Below the pieces are notes generated by a model. It searched no databases. It was given only the letters and a program-made list of their open reading frames with translations, and had not been told where the DNA came from. Source: Octopus sinensis (taxonomy: Eukaryota). Taken from it: a stretch of DNA of 64,000 bases. Position 1 is the stretch's first letter. The number at the start of each line of letters is the position of its first letter. Made by a program: the position numbers and the translations under genes. This document shows positions 62,598 to 64,000 of this stretch, piece after piece. The stretch is from positions 1-64,000 of the forward strand of contig NW_021833014.1 in NCBI RefSeq assembly GCF_006345805.1, in the 5' to 3' direction.

Positions 62598-62663
62598 AAA
62601 GATGATCAAATTAAAGAAAAAAAGAATATATTTCATACAGTTTTCTGAAGATCCACCATCCAT
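62598..62663 (-). CDS. Tetraspanin coding exon 1: MDGGSSENCMKYILFFFNLIIF
   Basis: CAAAATGG start context; CMKY..FFFNL.F motif; TTT|GTAAGT donor. A possible acceptor at 62677 suggests a further upstream 5' UTR exon. Confidence 0.93.
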
Positions 62664-62889
62664 TTTGAATTTGGATCTGAAACGATTAAAATTTGGGTTT
62701 TAAAAACAGATTTTCAAGAAAATGTTTACAGTAAAATTTCAAAATAGTATTAGTGCTGCTCTGAAATTGCTTGCTGTTCTTGGAATTTAACAAGAATCTT
62801 TAAAAACTCACGTTACAAGGGAATTATTTCAGACATATCATGGCATTAGGAAGAGCAACCAGTCATATAAACCATACCAAAATTGAAGT

Positions 62890-63273
62890 GGAGGCGCAAT
62901 GGCCTCAGTGGTTAGGGCAGCGGACTCGCGGTCGTCGGATCACGGTTTCGATTCCCAGACCGGGCGTTGTGAGTGTTTATTGAGCGAAAACACCTAAAAG
63001 CTCCACGAGGCTCCGGCAGGGATGGTGGTGATCCCTGCTGTACTCTTTCACCACAACTTTCTCTCACTCTTTCTTCCTGTTTCTCTTGTACCTGTATTTC
63101 AAAGGGCTGGCCTTGTCACTCTGTGTCACGCTGAATATCCCCGAGAACTACGTTAAGGGTACATGTGTCTGTGGAGTGCTCAGCCACTTACACATTAATT
63201 TTACGAGCAGGCTGTTCCGTTGATCGGATCAACCGGAACCCTCGTCGTCGTAACCGACGGAGTGCTTCCATCC
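62890..63273 (+). mobile_element. Full-length tRNA-derived SINE (family C) with TSD
   Basis: GGAGGCGCAATGGCCTCAGTGGTTAGG A box, GGTTTCGATTCCC B box; 12-bp TSD ACCAAAATTGAA at 62876-62887 and 63274-63285. Confidence 0.88.
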
Positions 63274-63599
63274 ACCAAAATTGAAATACTGGAGTCAAAT
63301 ATCTCGGATTCACTGGTTCCTATCTAATCCAACCGTTCAACCCATGCAGGCCTAAAGGGTCAAGACAAAGTCAAACATAACATTTTATGAATTTTTAAAC
63401 ATAAAGGATACTTCTATGAATGAATTCCAATATTTTGAATCCGGGTTTGTCCCCATTAACGGGAGGGGGTGGCCAGATTTACCTCACTTTTTACAGCAAC
63501 TGCTCTCACACCATCTTGCCCATTTTTGGCAGTCCTTCATCCTCAAGCCAACCTTGCCAATCTCCTCCTCCACCTGTCCCTTCCATGTTTTCTTTGGTT

Positions 63600-64000
63600 G
63601 CGTGCCAGTGGCACATAAAAGGCACCATTCGAGTGTAATCGTTGCCAGCGTCGCCTTACTGGCACCTGTGCCCGTCCTAGTAGGGTGCCAAGAGCACCAT
63701 CCGAGTGTGATCGTAACCAGAGCAGCCAACTGGCTTCCGTGCCGGTGGCACATAAAAGGCACCATTCAAGTGTGATCGTTACCAGCGTCGACTTACTGGC
63801 ACCTGTGCCGGTGGCATATGTAAAAATATTCGAGCAAGGTCATTGCCAGTATTACCTGACTGGCCCTCATGCCGGTGGCACTTTAAAAGCACCCACTACA
63901 CTCTCGGAGTGGTTGGCGCTAGGAAGGGCATCCAGCTGTAGAAACTCTGCCAGATCAAGATTGGAGCCTGGTGCAGCCACTGGCTCTCCAGACCTCAGTC
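63600..64000 (+). mobile_element. RTE 3' tail with VNTR (runs off the right edge); units close to satellite subunit B
   Basis: GTGCCAGTGGCACATAAAAGGCACCATTCGAGTGTAATCGTTGCCAG is a near reverse complement of CTGGCAACGATCATGCTCGAATGGTGCTTTTTACATGCCACTGGCAC. Confidence 0.88.

Overview
Animal genomic DNA whose repeat families look like those of octopus; this species call is by recognition only, not a database search. One intact gene can be built by hand: a 7-exon tetraspanin on the minus strand (CDS 62663->14721, 227 aa, all introns GT-AG and phase 0). Its third intron (23749-59221, 35.5 kb) is almost entirely one minus-strand RTE-LINE 3' tail whose internal minisatellite has expanded into a ~35 kb layered satellite. 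The satellite has mostly 162-bp units on the flanks and a pure 96-bp core, and only ~150 bp of ordinary intron remains. The left 10 kb holds a decayed RTE LINE (YADD motif plus a PHD-type finger) and a ~2.3-2.6 kb inverted duplication whose inner ends sit in Merlin-like MITEs. At 13378-13788 there is a tRNA-headed element with Penelope-type hammerhead-ribozyme arms. The rest is SINEs, Helitron/piggyBac/hAT/pogo/maT derivatives, CR1 remnants and microsatellites. The many ORFs between 24 and 59 kb are repeat artefacts, and there is no CRISPR array. All alignments and counts were done by eye.
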